DNA from: Gaiellaceae bacterium
Lineage (GTDB): Bacteria; Actinomycetota; Thermoleophilia; Gaiellales; Gaiellaceae
NCBI GenBank assembly: GCA_035535195.1
Contig: DATLQK010000026.1
Span: 42,408-106,407, forward strand
Direction of reading: 5' to 3'
Length of the DNA: 64,000 bases
The number at the start of each line of letters is the position of its first letter. Position 1 is the stretch's first letter. The notes below the pieces were generated by a model. It was not told the origin of the DNA, did no database searches, and worked only from the letters and a program-made list of their open reading frames with translations. This document shows, piece after piece, positions 26,713 through 38,330 of the stretch. The translations under genes and the position numbers were made by a program.

Positions 26713-27336
26713 CTACAGCTCGGACTTGGCCCAGCCCGGCGCCCAGAACGTGGAGGAGAGCGCGTAGAAGACGACGATCACCGCGTGGAGGATGAACGCT
26801 GCCAGCGGGTTGATGATCGCGACGACGACCGTGCTCAAATACAGCGGCACGCCGGGCAGATACGAGCGCGTGATCCCCTCCACCTCGACCGGGTCGGCGT
26901 CCTCGCGGAGGAGGTGCCCCCAGCGACGGGCGTAGTTCCAGAGGAGGTTGAAGCAGATCGCACAGCCGGTCAGCGCGATGCCGTAGAGGATCACCGCGTC
27001 CCGGGCAGACTCGCCCTCCTCGAGGAAAGCGGCCATCACTTTCGTCGGGTAGGGCACGAAGGCAATACTCATCAGGAGCAGCGTGTTCAGCAGCATGAAG
27101 ATCCGGTCCGTCCGAGCGATGTGGACGAAGATCGTGTGGTGGTTGATCCACATCACGCCGATGGTCAGGAAGCTGATCGTGTAAGCGATCAGCGACGGCC
27201 AGAGGTGGAGGAACGCGTGCCAGAACCCGTCCTCGCCGACGTCGGGAATCGGGAGCTCGAGCACGAGCAAGGTGATCGCGATCGCAATCACCCCGTCGCT
27301 GAAGGTTTCCAGGCGTGCCGTTTCCACCAGCGCCAC
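26713..27336 (-). CDS. TMEM175/DUF1211-family membrane protein (putative K+ channel)
   Basis: 207 aa. [21 protein letters not shown] is the signature first helix. A second repeat reads [19 protein letters not shown]. The start is probably the GTG at 27327, with GGAAAGG 8 nt upstream. Confidence 0.8.
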   Translation of the reverse strand: MALVETARLETFSDGVIAIAITLLVLELPIPDVGEDGFWHAFLHLWPSLIAYTISFLTIGVMWINHHTIFVHIARTDRIFMLLNTLLLMSIAFVPYPTKVMAAFLEEGESARDAVILYGIALTGCAICFNLLWNYARRWGHLLREDADPVEVEGITRSYLPGVPLYLSTVVVAIINPLAAFILHAVIVVFYALSSTFWAPGWAKSEL

Positions 27337-27377
27337 CTTTCCAGTTTCTCGGGCTCAGGAACGGCGCTGGCGGTGCG

Positions 27378-27484
27378 AGGCCGGAGGGGACAGTGCTACT
27401 TGCACGGCCCCGGAGAGCCTCGTGCCGTCAGCGGCGTTAGGCGGCGGCGGAGCCGGGCTTTGCCCGGCGGGAGCTGCCGCCGGC
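27378..27484. repeat. conserved structured GC-rich intergenic element, copy B
   Basis: Aligns with 18860..18967 along its full length. It lies 42 nt from the TMEM175-like start. Confidence 0.5.
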
Positions 27485-27500
27485 CTGTGCCCGAGAAAGG

Positions 27501-27536
27501 TGGCGGGGGCGAGTCTGCGGCCAACTCGACCCCCGC
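27501..27536 (-). terminator. 13-bp GC hairpin, probable terminator of the 43-aa ORF
   Basis: GGCGGGGGCGAGU-(9 nt)-ACUCG-A-CCCCCGCC. On the minus strand it is followed by ACCUUUCUC. It lies 20 nt downstream of the TAA at 27557. Confidence 0.45.
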
Positions 27537-27556
27537 CCTGAGCGCCCAGCCGTTCC

Positions 27557-27688
27557 CTTAGCGCTCGATCTCCACGACGGCGTGCGCCGACTTCAGATAC
27601 TCGAGCTGGAACTCGCCTCCGACCTTGTGACAGTGCAACTTCACGCTGGTCCCAATCGGGAACGCTGAGACGTCGGTACCCGAGCGCA
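27557..27688 (-). CDS. unannotated 43-aa ORF
   Basis: Hand-read: MRSGTDVSAFPIGTSVKLHCHKVGGEFQLEYLKSAHAVVEIER. About 37 of 42 third positions are G/C. An in-frame TAG lies 16 codons upstream with no alternative start, and a strong hairpin follows. It is below the track's length cut-off. No SD was seen. Confidence 0.4.
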
Positions 27689-27797
27689 TAGTGCACGAAA
27701 CGGCGGCTGCCGTCGGTCGCGGCGCGTGACCGCTGGGCTAACCGGCGGCGGGATAGACTGCAACCGGCCCGGTATCCGCAAGGAACTGGAGCGATAC

Positions 27798-28463
27798 GTG
27801 ATTAAAAGCGTGAACGTCATCGGCCGCGGCCGCGTCGGTTCGGCCATCGCTGTCCGCCTCGAGGAGCGAGGCGTCGAGCTGACCGCGGACCAGTCCGAGC
27901 TCGTCCTGCTGTGCGTCCCGGATACCGCCATCGCGGACGTTGTCCGGTGTCAGACACTCGACGCGTCCCAATGGGTCGGCCACACGAGCGGCGCGACGCC
28001 GCTCTCGGCGCTCGGGGAGCACGAGCGGCGGTTCGGGCTCCACCCGCTGCAGAGCTTCTCGCGCTCGCGGGGGCCCGAGCAGCTCGACGGCGCCGCGGCG
28101 GCCGTGACGGGCGAGACCGACGAGGCGCGCGCGATCGGCTTCGAGCTGGCGCGACTGCTCGGCCTCGAGCCCTTCGAGCTCGGCGAGCAGGACCGGGCGC
28201 TCTACCACGCCGGCGCGGCGATTGCCTCGAACTACCTCGTGACCCTCCACGACGCCGCAGCCCAGGTCTTCGAGGAGGTCGGCGCCCCAGTGGACGCGCT
28301 CCGAACGCTGATGCAGGGCGTGATCGACAACGGCTTCGAGCTCACCGGGCCGATCGCCCGCGGCGACTGGGAGACGGTGGAGCGGCACGAGCAGGCGATC
28401 GCGGCGCGCATCCCGAAGCTCGCGCGGCTCTACCGCGTGCACGCGGAGGCGACCACGCCGTGA
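27798..28463 (+). CDS. Rossmann-fold / DUF2520 domain protein (candidate ketopantoate reductase)
   Basis: The track ORF starts at 27726. The GTG at 27798, with GGAGCG 4 nt upstream, gives VIKSVNVIGRGRVGSAIAVRL, a dinucleotide-binding fold. The C-terminal region is DUF2520-like (YHAGAAIASNYLVTL). Its stop overlaps the panC start (GTGA). Confidence 0.7.
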   Translation: MIKSVNVIGRGRVGSAIAVRLEERGVELTADQSELVLLCVPDTAIADVVRCQTLDASQWVGHTSGATPLSALGEHERRFGLHPLQSFSRSRGPEQLDGAAAAVTGETDEARAIGFELARLLGLEPFELGEQDRALYHAGAAIASNYLVTLHDAAAQVFEEVGAPVDALRTLMQGVIDNGFELTGPIARGDWETVERHEQAIAARIPKLARLYRVHAEATTP

Positions 28464-29226
28464 AGGTCGTTCGCACGATCGAGGAGCTGGACGAGACGCT
28501 CGCGCCCCTCAGAACCGGCTCGATCGGCCTCGTCCCGACGATGGGCGCCTTCCACGCCGGCCATGTCTCGCTGTTCCGCGCCGCGCGCGAGGAGTGCGAC
28601 GCCGTCGTCGTCAGCCTGTTCGTCAACCCGACGCAATTCGAGCGCCCCGACGACCTCGCCCGCTACCCGCAGGACGAGGCGGGCGACCTGGCGGTCGCGG
28701 AGAAGGAAGGCGCAGACGTGGTGTTCGCGCCCGCCGCCGACGAGCTGTTCCCGCCGAGATTCCAGACCTGGGTCGAGGTGGAGGAGCTCGGCCGAAGGCT
28801 CGAGGGCGAGCACCGGCCGGGCCATTTCCGCGGCGTCGCCACGGTCTGCCTGAAGCTCTTCAACCTCGTCCGGCCCCGCCGTGCGTACTTCGGGCAGAAG
28901 GACGCGCAGCAGACGGCCGTAATCCGCCGACTCGTCCGTGACCTGAATCTGCCGCTCGAGATCCGGGTGCTGCCGACGGTTCGCGACGAGGACGGCCTCG
29001 CCCTTTCGTCCCGCAACGCGCTCCTCACCCCAGAGGAGCGGGAGCTCGCACTCTCCCTCCCCCGCGCCTTGGCCACGCACGACCCGGCCAGGGCGCGCGA
29101 GCTCCTCGACGGCCTCGAGGTGGAGTACGTCGAGGTCGCGGACTTCGAGCCCAAGGTTCTCGCCGCCGCAGTGCGCGTCGGGGAAACCCGCCTGATCGAC
29201 AACGTCGTCCTTGAAGGAGACCAGCC

Positions 29227-29230
<4 letters not shown>
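28460..29230 (+). CDS. panC: pantoate-beta-alanine ligase
   Basis: From the GTG at 28460: VKVVRTIEEL...GLVPTMGAFHAGHVSLF...FVNPTQF...GHFRGVATVCLKLFN...YFGQKDAQQ...LALSSRN. Confidence 0.9.
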
Positions 29231-30123
<893 letters not shown>

Positions 30124-30645
30124 CGTCGCGAGCCAGACGGCCGAGAGCACGACCGCCGTTGCGGCACGCGCGGCGCTCCAGCCCTCGACCTCCCGCAGAC
30201 CGAGCACCAGCAGCACGAGGCTCGCCGCCGCCGGCAGCACGAGCAGCCAGGGCCAGAGCAGCCAGAGCGGAAACGCAAAGGCGAGCGGGAGGAACGAGTA
30301 GGCGAGGACGTGGCGCGTCCGGCGCTTCTCACGGGCGCCGCCGAGGCGCGGGACGACGAAGCCGAGCGCCCAACCGCCGACCCAGTAGACGACGAAGCCC
30401 AGGCAGAGCCCGGTGACGAAGAGCCAGATGGCGCCGTCGACGCGGTCGAGGTCGCGGATCTCGTCGCCCCCCACCGCGAGGCCGACTGCCACGCCCGCAC
30501 AGAACGCGAGCACCGCGACGGTCTCGGAGCGGTCGGTGTCCTCGCGGAGGTGAGCGAACCTCCCCACGAGTGGATTACAGCCCAGGAACCGCCGTGTTGG
30601 TGGAGTCGACGATCGTCAACGTCAGTCGCGCGCCGACTCGACCGT

Positions 30646-31230
30646 TCACCGGCGGCGACGCGCGACCACGGTGATCCCGTCCCTGAGCGTGCGCGGAAGG
30701 GCACGGCCCGCCGCCCGGAAGACGCGGTTCTTGCGAGTGCCGTGGTCGAAGTAGTTGGCCGTCAGGATCCGCTCCACCTCGAGTCCGGCCGCGGTGAAAG
30801 CCTCACGGAGCTCGCTCACCGTGTACTCGTGGAAGTGCCCGGGGTTCCTGGGCTCATCCCTGATCGGCTCATACGGGTTGCGCCCGAGCAGCAGCCGGAG
30901 GCGGTTCGGGAGCGAGGCCGCGTTCGGGGTTTGGAGGATCAGCCGGCCGCCGTCGGTGAGGGCCTCGCCCAGGTACCGGAGCAGAGGCACCGGCGCCACC
31001 CGGAGGTGCTCGACCACCTCGGAACAGATCACGACGTCGTGCGGCTCGAGCGGCGGCCGGTCGGCGTCGTTCAGGTCGAGCTCGACGTGCGTTTCGCCGT
31101 CACGGAGCGGGAAGCGGTGGTCGAACCAGCCGAGCGTGTCGACGGTCGCCGCCGGGAGCTCCTCGCGGAGGAGTCGCGTCTCGTAGCTCGGCCCGACGAC
31201 GAGGATCCGCCGCGGCGCGAGCCCGCGCAC
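30646..31230 (-). CDS. class I SAM-dependent methyltransferase
   Basis: 194 aa. ILVVGPS...HDVVICSEVVEHL...GGRLILQTPN carries motif I / post-I / II-like blocks. Confidence 0.7.
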   Translation of the reverse strand: MRGLAPRRILVVGPSYETRLLREELPAATVDTLGWFDHRFPLRDGETHVELDLNDADRPPLEPHDVVICSEVVEHLRVAPVPLLRYLGEALTDGGRLILQTPNAASLPNRLRLLLGRNPYEPIRDEPRNPGHFHEYTVSELREAFTAAGLEVERILTANYFDHGTRKNRVFRAAGRALPRTLRDGITVVARRRR

Positions 31231-31285
31231 GAGGTCGACGAGCAGCTCGTAGCGCCGAGCGTGCGTCCGGAAGTAGACGGGATCG

Positions 31286-34114
<2,829 letters not shown>

Positions 34115-34115
34115 A

Positions 34116-34601
34116 ACCGGCCAGTTTAGCCGTGGCGGAGGACGCGAACAAGTGTTCGCTCAGCTCCGTTTCGCGGGTTACGCCGGACCACGGCCAGTCC
34201 TGCCAGCGGTCGACGAGGCCGGCACGGACGGGGTTGTCGAGTACGTACTCGATCGCCGCCGCGAGGTGCCTCTCGTCCCGGATCACGCGTGAGGAGAAGC
34301 GTTCGGCGAAGAGGGCGCCGAAGCGCCGATGTCTGGCGTTGTGCTCGCGCGCGTAGTGCCCGTGGAGCCACTGCATCGCGCGGGAGAGCTGCTCCGTGGG
34401 GCCTTCGAGGACCGCGTGGTGGTGGGTCGTCATCAGGCACCAGCACTCGAGCACGAGCCCGAACCGCCGGATCGCCCCGCCGAGGTGGATCAGGAACAGG
34501 CGCCGGTCGACATCGTCCCGGAAGAGCGGCGCTTCGGCGACGCTCCGCGCCGTGACGTGGAAGTAGCCGTCGGGCAGGCTCGACCGAAGCACGCGTCCCA
34601 T
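34116..34601 (-). mobile_element. IS200/IS605-type Y1 (HUH) transposase, REP-associated tyrosine transposase (RAYT)-like; ORF has no stop until 33063
   Basis: MGRVLRSSLPDGYFHVTARSVAEAPLF...LECWCLMTTHHHAVL (HUH-type motif) ...GALFAERFSSRVIRDERHLAAAIEYVLDNPVRAGLV (catalytic Tyr) ...WPWSG. The track shows the frame continuing for 512 aa, across the uvrA start and into uvrA in another frame. Only the first roughly 160 codons look like the family. Confidence 0.7.
34145..34158 (-). promoter_or_regulatory. LexA (SOS) box upstream of uvrA
   Basis: CGAAC-AAGT-GTTCG is a perfect match to the Gram-positive/actinobacterial Cheo-type consensus CGAAC-N4-GTTCG. It lies 31-44 nt upstream of the uvrA ATG. 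A TAAACT hexamer (34123-34128) sits 16 nt downstream of the box and 8 nt from the ATG. Confidence 0.65.
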
Positions 34602-34672
34602 CGGGGTCCAATCCTGTCGCGGCGCCGGCGGCTACGAGACAGGTCGCGCCTGTTCCTTCCCACTTCCGGCAC

Positions 34673-34809
34673 GGCCTCGGCAGCCGCGACCGGTGTCAGA
34701 CACCCGTCGTGGGCCTCGGCAGCCGCGACCGGTGTCAGACACCCGTCGTGGCTGGGCGCGCCTGGCCCTCGCCGGGCACGGCCGGTGTCAGACACTCGTC
34801 ATGGCTCGG
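34673..34809. repeat. REP-like palindromic repeat cluster (2 perfect 39-nt tandem units + 1 degenerate copy)
   Basis: 34673-34711 and 34712-34750 are identical: GGCCTCGGCAGCCGCGACCGGTGTCAGACACCCGTCGTG. Each contains the imperfect palindrome CGACCGGTGTC-A-GACACCCGTCG. The third copy is CCGGTGTCAGACACTCGTCATGG at 34782-34804. The cluster is immediately 5' of the RAYT-like gene. Confidence 0.7.
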
Positions 34810-34836
34810 CGGTGCTGGGCTAAAGAGGACTCGGCT

Positions 34837-35364
34837 CTAGCCGGCGAGGCGCTCAACCAGGTGGTAGAGCCGCTTCGGGCGCGGGATCTTCTCCAGCGCC
34901 AATGGGCCGACGACGACCGTGCCGTAGCCCAGGAGCTGGCCCGCGAAGGTCTGCTCGAGCTCGACCGCCTCGACCGCTCGCAAGCGCACGGCCTGCGCCT
35001 TGCGCCGCAGCGTCCCGTTGACGACGAAGACCTTCTCGGTCGTCACGACGATCCGGGTTTGCTCCCACTTCCACACCGCCCGCAGAGCGATCACCACCGC
35101 AAGCGCGACGACCACGTCGCCGACGAGGTCGACTGGCTGCGGAAGGGTCGTCAACACCCCGCCCACGCCGCCGAGCACGATCGCCCACAGGAGCGGCCGC
35201 GCGAGCACGATCCCGTGTCGCCTGGCCTCGAGGCAGATCTCCTCGTGCTCGTCGTCCGCGATCACGCCCGCGGCTTTCGCGCCGAACCCGGGCGTTTCCT
35301 GCGGGTTTGTCGCAGAGCGAACCCGGCGAAACCATGCCCATGGACGATGTTGCACGCCGTGCAT
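34837..35364 (-). CDS. bacterial PH-domain (bPH_2/YdbS-like) membrane protein
   Basis: 175 aa in the track. Two TM helices (LLWAIVLGGVGGVL, VVVALAVVIALRAVW) are followed by IVVTTEKVFVVNGTLRRKAQAVRL...GYGTVVV. The GTG at 35265 would avoid the overlap with the divergent gene. Confidence 0.6.
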   Translation of the reverse strand: MHGVQHRPWAWFRRVRSATNPQETPGFGAKAAGVIADDEHEEICLEARRHGIVLARPLLWAIVLGGVGGVLTTLPQPVDLVGDVVVALAVVIALRAVWKWEQTRIVVTTEKVFVVNGTLRRKAQAVRLRAVEAVELEQTFAGQLLGYGTVVVGPLALEKIPRPKRLYHLVERLAG

Positions 35365-36368
35365 TCGTGGCCGCCGCCGTGGTCGGAGGCGTGGTCGTGC
35401 TCGGCCTCGCGCTCTGGAAGCTGAAGCTCCTCCTCGTCCTGCTCTTCCTCGCCTTCACGCTCGCGGCCGCGATGCGGCCCTCGGTGGAAGCCCTCGCCCG
35501 CCGCCGCATCCCTCGGGGCGCGGGAATCCTCCTCCACTACGCCGTCCTCGCTGCCGGCCTCGGGCTCCTCCTCTGGGCCGTCGTGCCGAGAGCGATCCAC
35601 CAGATCGAGGAAGCGCTCGGAGAAGCCGAGAACGAGGGCGGGTTCAAGGGCGACGCGCTCGGCTGGCTGAACCAGCGACTGGAGCGGCTGCCGAAGGTGG
35701 AGGACGTCTTCGACCCTGCGCTCCACCTCACTTTGATCGGGTTCGAGATCGCGATCGGAATCTTCTTCGTCTTCGCCTGCGCCGCCTACTGGATCTTCGA
35801 GCGCGACGACGCCGTCCGGCTCGTCACGGCCCTCGTGCCGGAGCGCCGGCGCCGGCTCGTCCAGGACACCTGGGATTTGATCGACCTGAAGCTCGGCGCG
35901 TACGTCCGCGGGCAGGCGCTGCTGATCGTCTTCGTCGCGACGGTGCTCTCGATCGCCTTCTGGGCGATCGGCCTGCCCTTCTGGCTCCTGATCGGGATCT
36001 TCGCCGGCGTGGTCGAGATCGTCCCGGTGATCGGCCCACTGGTCGCCGGGACGGTCGCCGTCGCCGTCGGCTTCACCGAGTCCGTCGAGGTCGGCGTGGC
36101 CGCGGGCCTGATCGTGCTGGCCGTCCGGCTGCTCGAGGACTACTTCGTGATCCCGCGCGTTTTGGGCGACGCCGTCGGCCTGTCGCCGCTCCTCGTGATC
36201 GTCTCCGTCGCGGCGACCACGATCCTCGTCGGTGAGCTCGCGGTCCTGCTGGCGATCCCGCTTGCCGCGGTCGTCGGCACGCTGTTCGAGGTGATCGTGC
36301 TCGAACGCGACCCGGCGGAGCAGGAGGTGCCGACGGTGCTGTTCCCGGCACAGGACGCCGAGCACTGA
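35334..36368 (+). CDS. AI-2E family transporter (UPF0118/PerM-like)
   Basis: The track ORF starts at TTG 35307; ATG 35334 is chosen here. 8 TM helices. GIFAGVVEIVPVIGPLVAG and GLSPLLVIVSV are typical family blocks. Confidence 0.8.
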   Translation: MPMDDVARRAFVAAAVVGGVVVLGLALWKLKLLLVLLFLAFTLAAAMRPSVEALARRRIPRGAGILLHYAVLAAGLGLLLWAVVPRAIHQIEEALGEAENEGGFKGDALGWLNQRLERLPKVEDVFDPALHLTLIGFEIAIGIFFVFACAAYWIFERDDAVRLVTALVPERRRRLVQDTWDLIDLKLGAYVRGQALLIVFVATVLSIAFWAIGLPFWLLIGIFAGVVEIVPVIGPLVAGTVAVAVGFTESVEVGVAAGLIVLAVRLLEDYFVIPRVLGDAVGLSPLLVIVSVAATTILVGELAVLLAIPLAAVVGTLFEVIVLERDPAEQEVPTVLFPAQDAEH

Positions 36369-36423
36369 AGCCCACCTCGCTTCTGGCTCGCCGCCGGGGA
36401 GCCGCCGGCAGGCCGGGCGCGAG

Positions 36424-36663
36424 CTAGGCCCTACGCCACTTGCCGAAGATCAGGCCGCCGAGGGTGAAACCGAGGCCGAACGTGCCGAGCGTGAAGGCGC
36501 CGAGCGCCGCGATCTTCCGCGCACGCCCCAGGCGCTGCCAGCGCCCGATCGCCTCCTCTTCCTCGCTCGTCAGCGGCTCGCCACGGCGCTTCTTGCGCAG
36601 CGCTCCCCCCGCTCGCAGCCCGAGATAGAGGTCGTCGAAGATCTCTGTGGGCTCGTCGACCAC
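36424..36663 (-). CDS. small tail-anchored membrane protein (79 aa)
   Basis: The C-terminal part of track ORF 36424..36906, from the GTG at 36663: VVDEPTEIFDDLYLGLRAGG...KIAALGAFTLGTFGLGFTLGGLIFGKWRRA. TATACA lies 9 nt upstream and there is no SD. Confidence 0.4.
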   Translation of the reverse strand: MVDEPTEIFDDLYLGLRAGGALRKKRRGEPLTSEEEEAIGRWQRLGRARKIAALGAFTLGTFGLGFTLGGLIFGKWRRA

Positions 36664-36691
36664 GAATCTGAGTGTATAGCCTGCCTCGGCT

Positions 36692-37555
36692 GTGCCCGGG
36701 GCCCGAACCCGTCTCCTCCACCTCTCGGATTTGCACGTCGGGAGCCACGTCGACTCGGGGCTCGAATCGGGCCTCGCCGACCTGATCACACGAGTGGACC
36801 CCGAGCTGATCGTCGCAAGCGGGGACCTGACGCACCGCGGGCGGCCCGAGGAGCACGACGAGGCGGCCGACTTCCTGCAGGGCCTCGGCCGGCCCGTGCT
36901 CGCCATCCCTGGAAATCACGACATCCCATACACGCCAGTCGCCCGGTTCACGCGCCCCTATGAGCAGTTCGAGCGCCGCTGGCAGACGACGAGACCGATC
37001 TACAGCTCAGAACGCCTCCACGTCGTCGGGCTGAACTCGGTACGGCCGTGGGTCCATCAGGCAGGGCAGATTCGGCCCGCCCAGCTCACGTACGCAGCCG
37101 AGAAACTCGCCGAAGCCGGGCCGGAGGCGCTCCGCGTCGTCGTTCTGCACCATCACCTGCTCGGCGCACCCTGGCGTTCGCGGAAGAAGCCGGTGCGCGA
37201 CCGAAGCCGGGTGCTCGGCGGTCTGGTCGACGCGGGCGCCGAGCTGATCCTCGCGGGCCACATCCATCAGGTGGCGATCAGCGAGCGCCACGAGTTCGAG
37301 GTCGCCTCAGGTGACATCCAGGGCGTGACCGTTTCGAGCGCGCCTGGCCTCGGGCAACCCCGCCCGAAGCGCCGCGGAGAGGCTCGAGGACTGATCGTCT
37401 ACGAGAGCGGCGAGAACTCGCTCTCGGTCGAGACGTACATCTGGCGCGGGGACGACTGGGGGCTCACCGCGATCCGCCGCTTTCCGCGTGGTCGCGGGCC
37501 GCTCGCCGCCCAGCCGGCCCCCGTGCCGGAAGAGCTCAGTACCAGCGGCCCCTAG
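36692..37555 (+). CDS. calcineurin-like metallophosphoesterase
   Basis: 287 aa. LLHLSDLHVG, ASGDLTHRG, IPGNHD, VVLHHH, AGHIHQ: the complete set of metallophosphoesterase motifs. Confidence 0.82.
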   Translation: MPGARTRLLHLSDLHVGSHVDSGLESGLADLITRVDPELIVASGDLTHRGRPEEHDEAADFLQGLGRPVLAIPGNHDIPYTPVARFTRPYEQFERRWQTTRPIYSSERLHVVGLNSVRPWVHQAGQIRPAQLTYAAEKLAEAGPEALRVVVLHHHLLGAPWRSRKKPVRDRSRVLGGLVDAGAELILAGHIHQVAISERHEFEVASGDIQGVTVSSAPGLGQPRPKRRGEARGLIVYESGENSLSVETYIWRGDDWGLTAIRRFPRGRGPLAAQPAPVPEELSTSGP

Positions 37556-37676
37556 CGAACCCGCCGAAGGCGATGAGGCCAACCAGCGCAATGATCAGGC
37601 CGATCCAGAGATTCCAGAAGATCGCCAGGATGATCCCGATGATCACGAGAATCCCGCCCAGACTGATCCCACCCAT
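37536..37676 (-). CDS. unannotated 46-aa hydrophobic protein
   Basis: Hand-read: MGGISLGGILVIIGIILAIFWNLWIGLIIALVGLIAFGGFARGRWY. A strong SD, GGAAAGGAG, lies 4 nt upstream of the ATG. It is below the track cut-off. Confidence 0.5.
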   Translation of the reverse strand: MGGISLGGILVIIGIILAIFWNLWIGLIIALVGLIAFGGFARGRWY

Positions 37677-37706
37677 GCTGCTCCTTTCCGCCCCGACGGT
37701 CCGGGA

Positions 37707-37976
37707 CTAGTAGGCCGGTCGCCTCGAGACGACCATCCGGTAGATGAGAAGCAAGACGATCGAGCCGACGATCGCGGTCAGCCAGGTGCTGATGTCGAAG
37801 AACTCGTCGAGCGGGTGAGCGTCGAACAGCGCCGACGCCAGGAACCCCCCGATCAGCGCACCGGCAATGCCGATGAGCGCCGTCACGATCAGTCCGCCGG
37901 GGTCGTCTCCGGGCAGGACCGCCTTGGCGATGATTCCGGCCAAGAGGCCCAGGATGATGAAGGCAATGATTCCCAC
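37707..37976 (-). CDS. GlsB/YeaQ/YmgE-family (transglycosylase-associated) stress membrane protein
   Basis: 89 aa. MGIIAFIILGLLAGIIAKAVLPGDDPGGLIVTALIGIAGALIGGFL. SD AAGGAGG upstream of the GTG. Confidence 0.8.
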   Translation of the reverse strand: MGIIAFIILGLLAGIIAKAVLPGDDPGGLIVTALIGIAGALIGGFLASALFDAHPLDEFFDISTWLTAIVGSIVLLLIYRMVVSRRPAY

Positions 37977-38031
37977 GTTGTCCTCCTTGGAGATGGCCTT
38001 CCCGGCTTACCCCGTGCGGACTTCGTGAAAA

Positions 38032-38313
38032 CTAGGGCATCCGTCGGGCGTCGGGGCCTGTGACCCCCCGTTTCTGCACGATTCGGCGGTACAGGATCAC
38101 GAGCACGGTCGCGGCCAGCACCGAAAGCACGAAGATCCCGCCGGCCCCGAAACCGAGCGCGACGGCGGCCGCTCCGCCGACGATCGACCCGACGAGCCCT
38201 AGCAGGATCGTCAGCCAGATCGGCATCGGATCCGGGCCCGGAACGGCGAGACGGCCCAGTGCGCCGATCACCAGGCTCGAGATCAGGATCGCGAGGACGT
38301 CGACCAGGCTCAC
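38032..38313 (-). CDS. GlsB/YeaQ/YmgE-family membrane protein (paralogue)
   Basis: 93 aa. LVIGALGRLAVPGPDPMPIWLTILLGLVGSIVGGAAA. Confidence 0.7.
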   Translation of the reverse strand: MSLVDVLAILISSLVIGALGRLAVPGPDPMPIWLTILLGLVGSIVGGAAAVALGFGAGGIFVLSVLAATVLVILYRRIVQKRGVTGPDARRMP

Positions 38314-38330
38314 GGCGCGAGGCTAACTGC

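Noticed and set aside
27617-27640. TTGTGAC...TTCAC half-sites resembling a Rex box inside the 43-aa ORF.
   Set aside because: The spacer is 9 nt instead of 5, and the right arm is incomplete.
34673-34750. Two perfect 39-nt direct repeats considered as a mini CRISPR array.
   Set aside because: The units are contiguous with no spacers, and there are only 2 perfect copies plus 1 degenerate one. They are palindromic REP-like, sit next to a Y1 transposase, and no cas genes are present.
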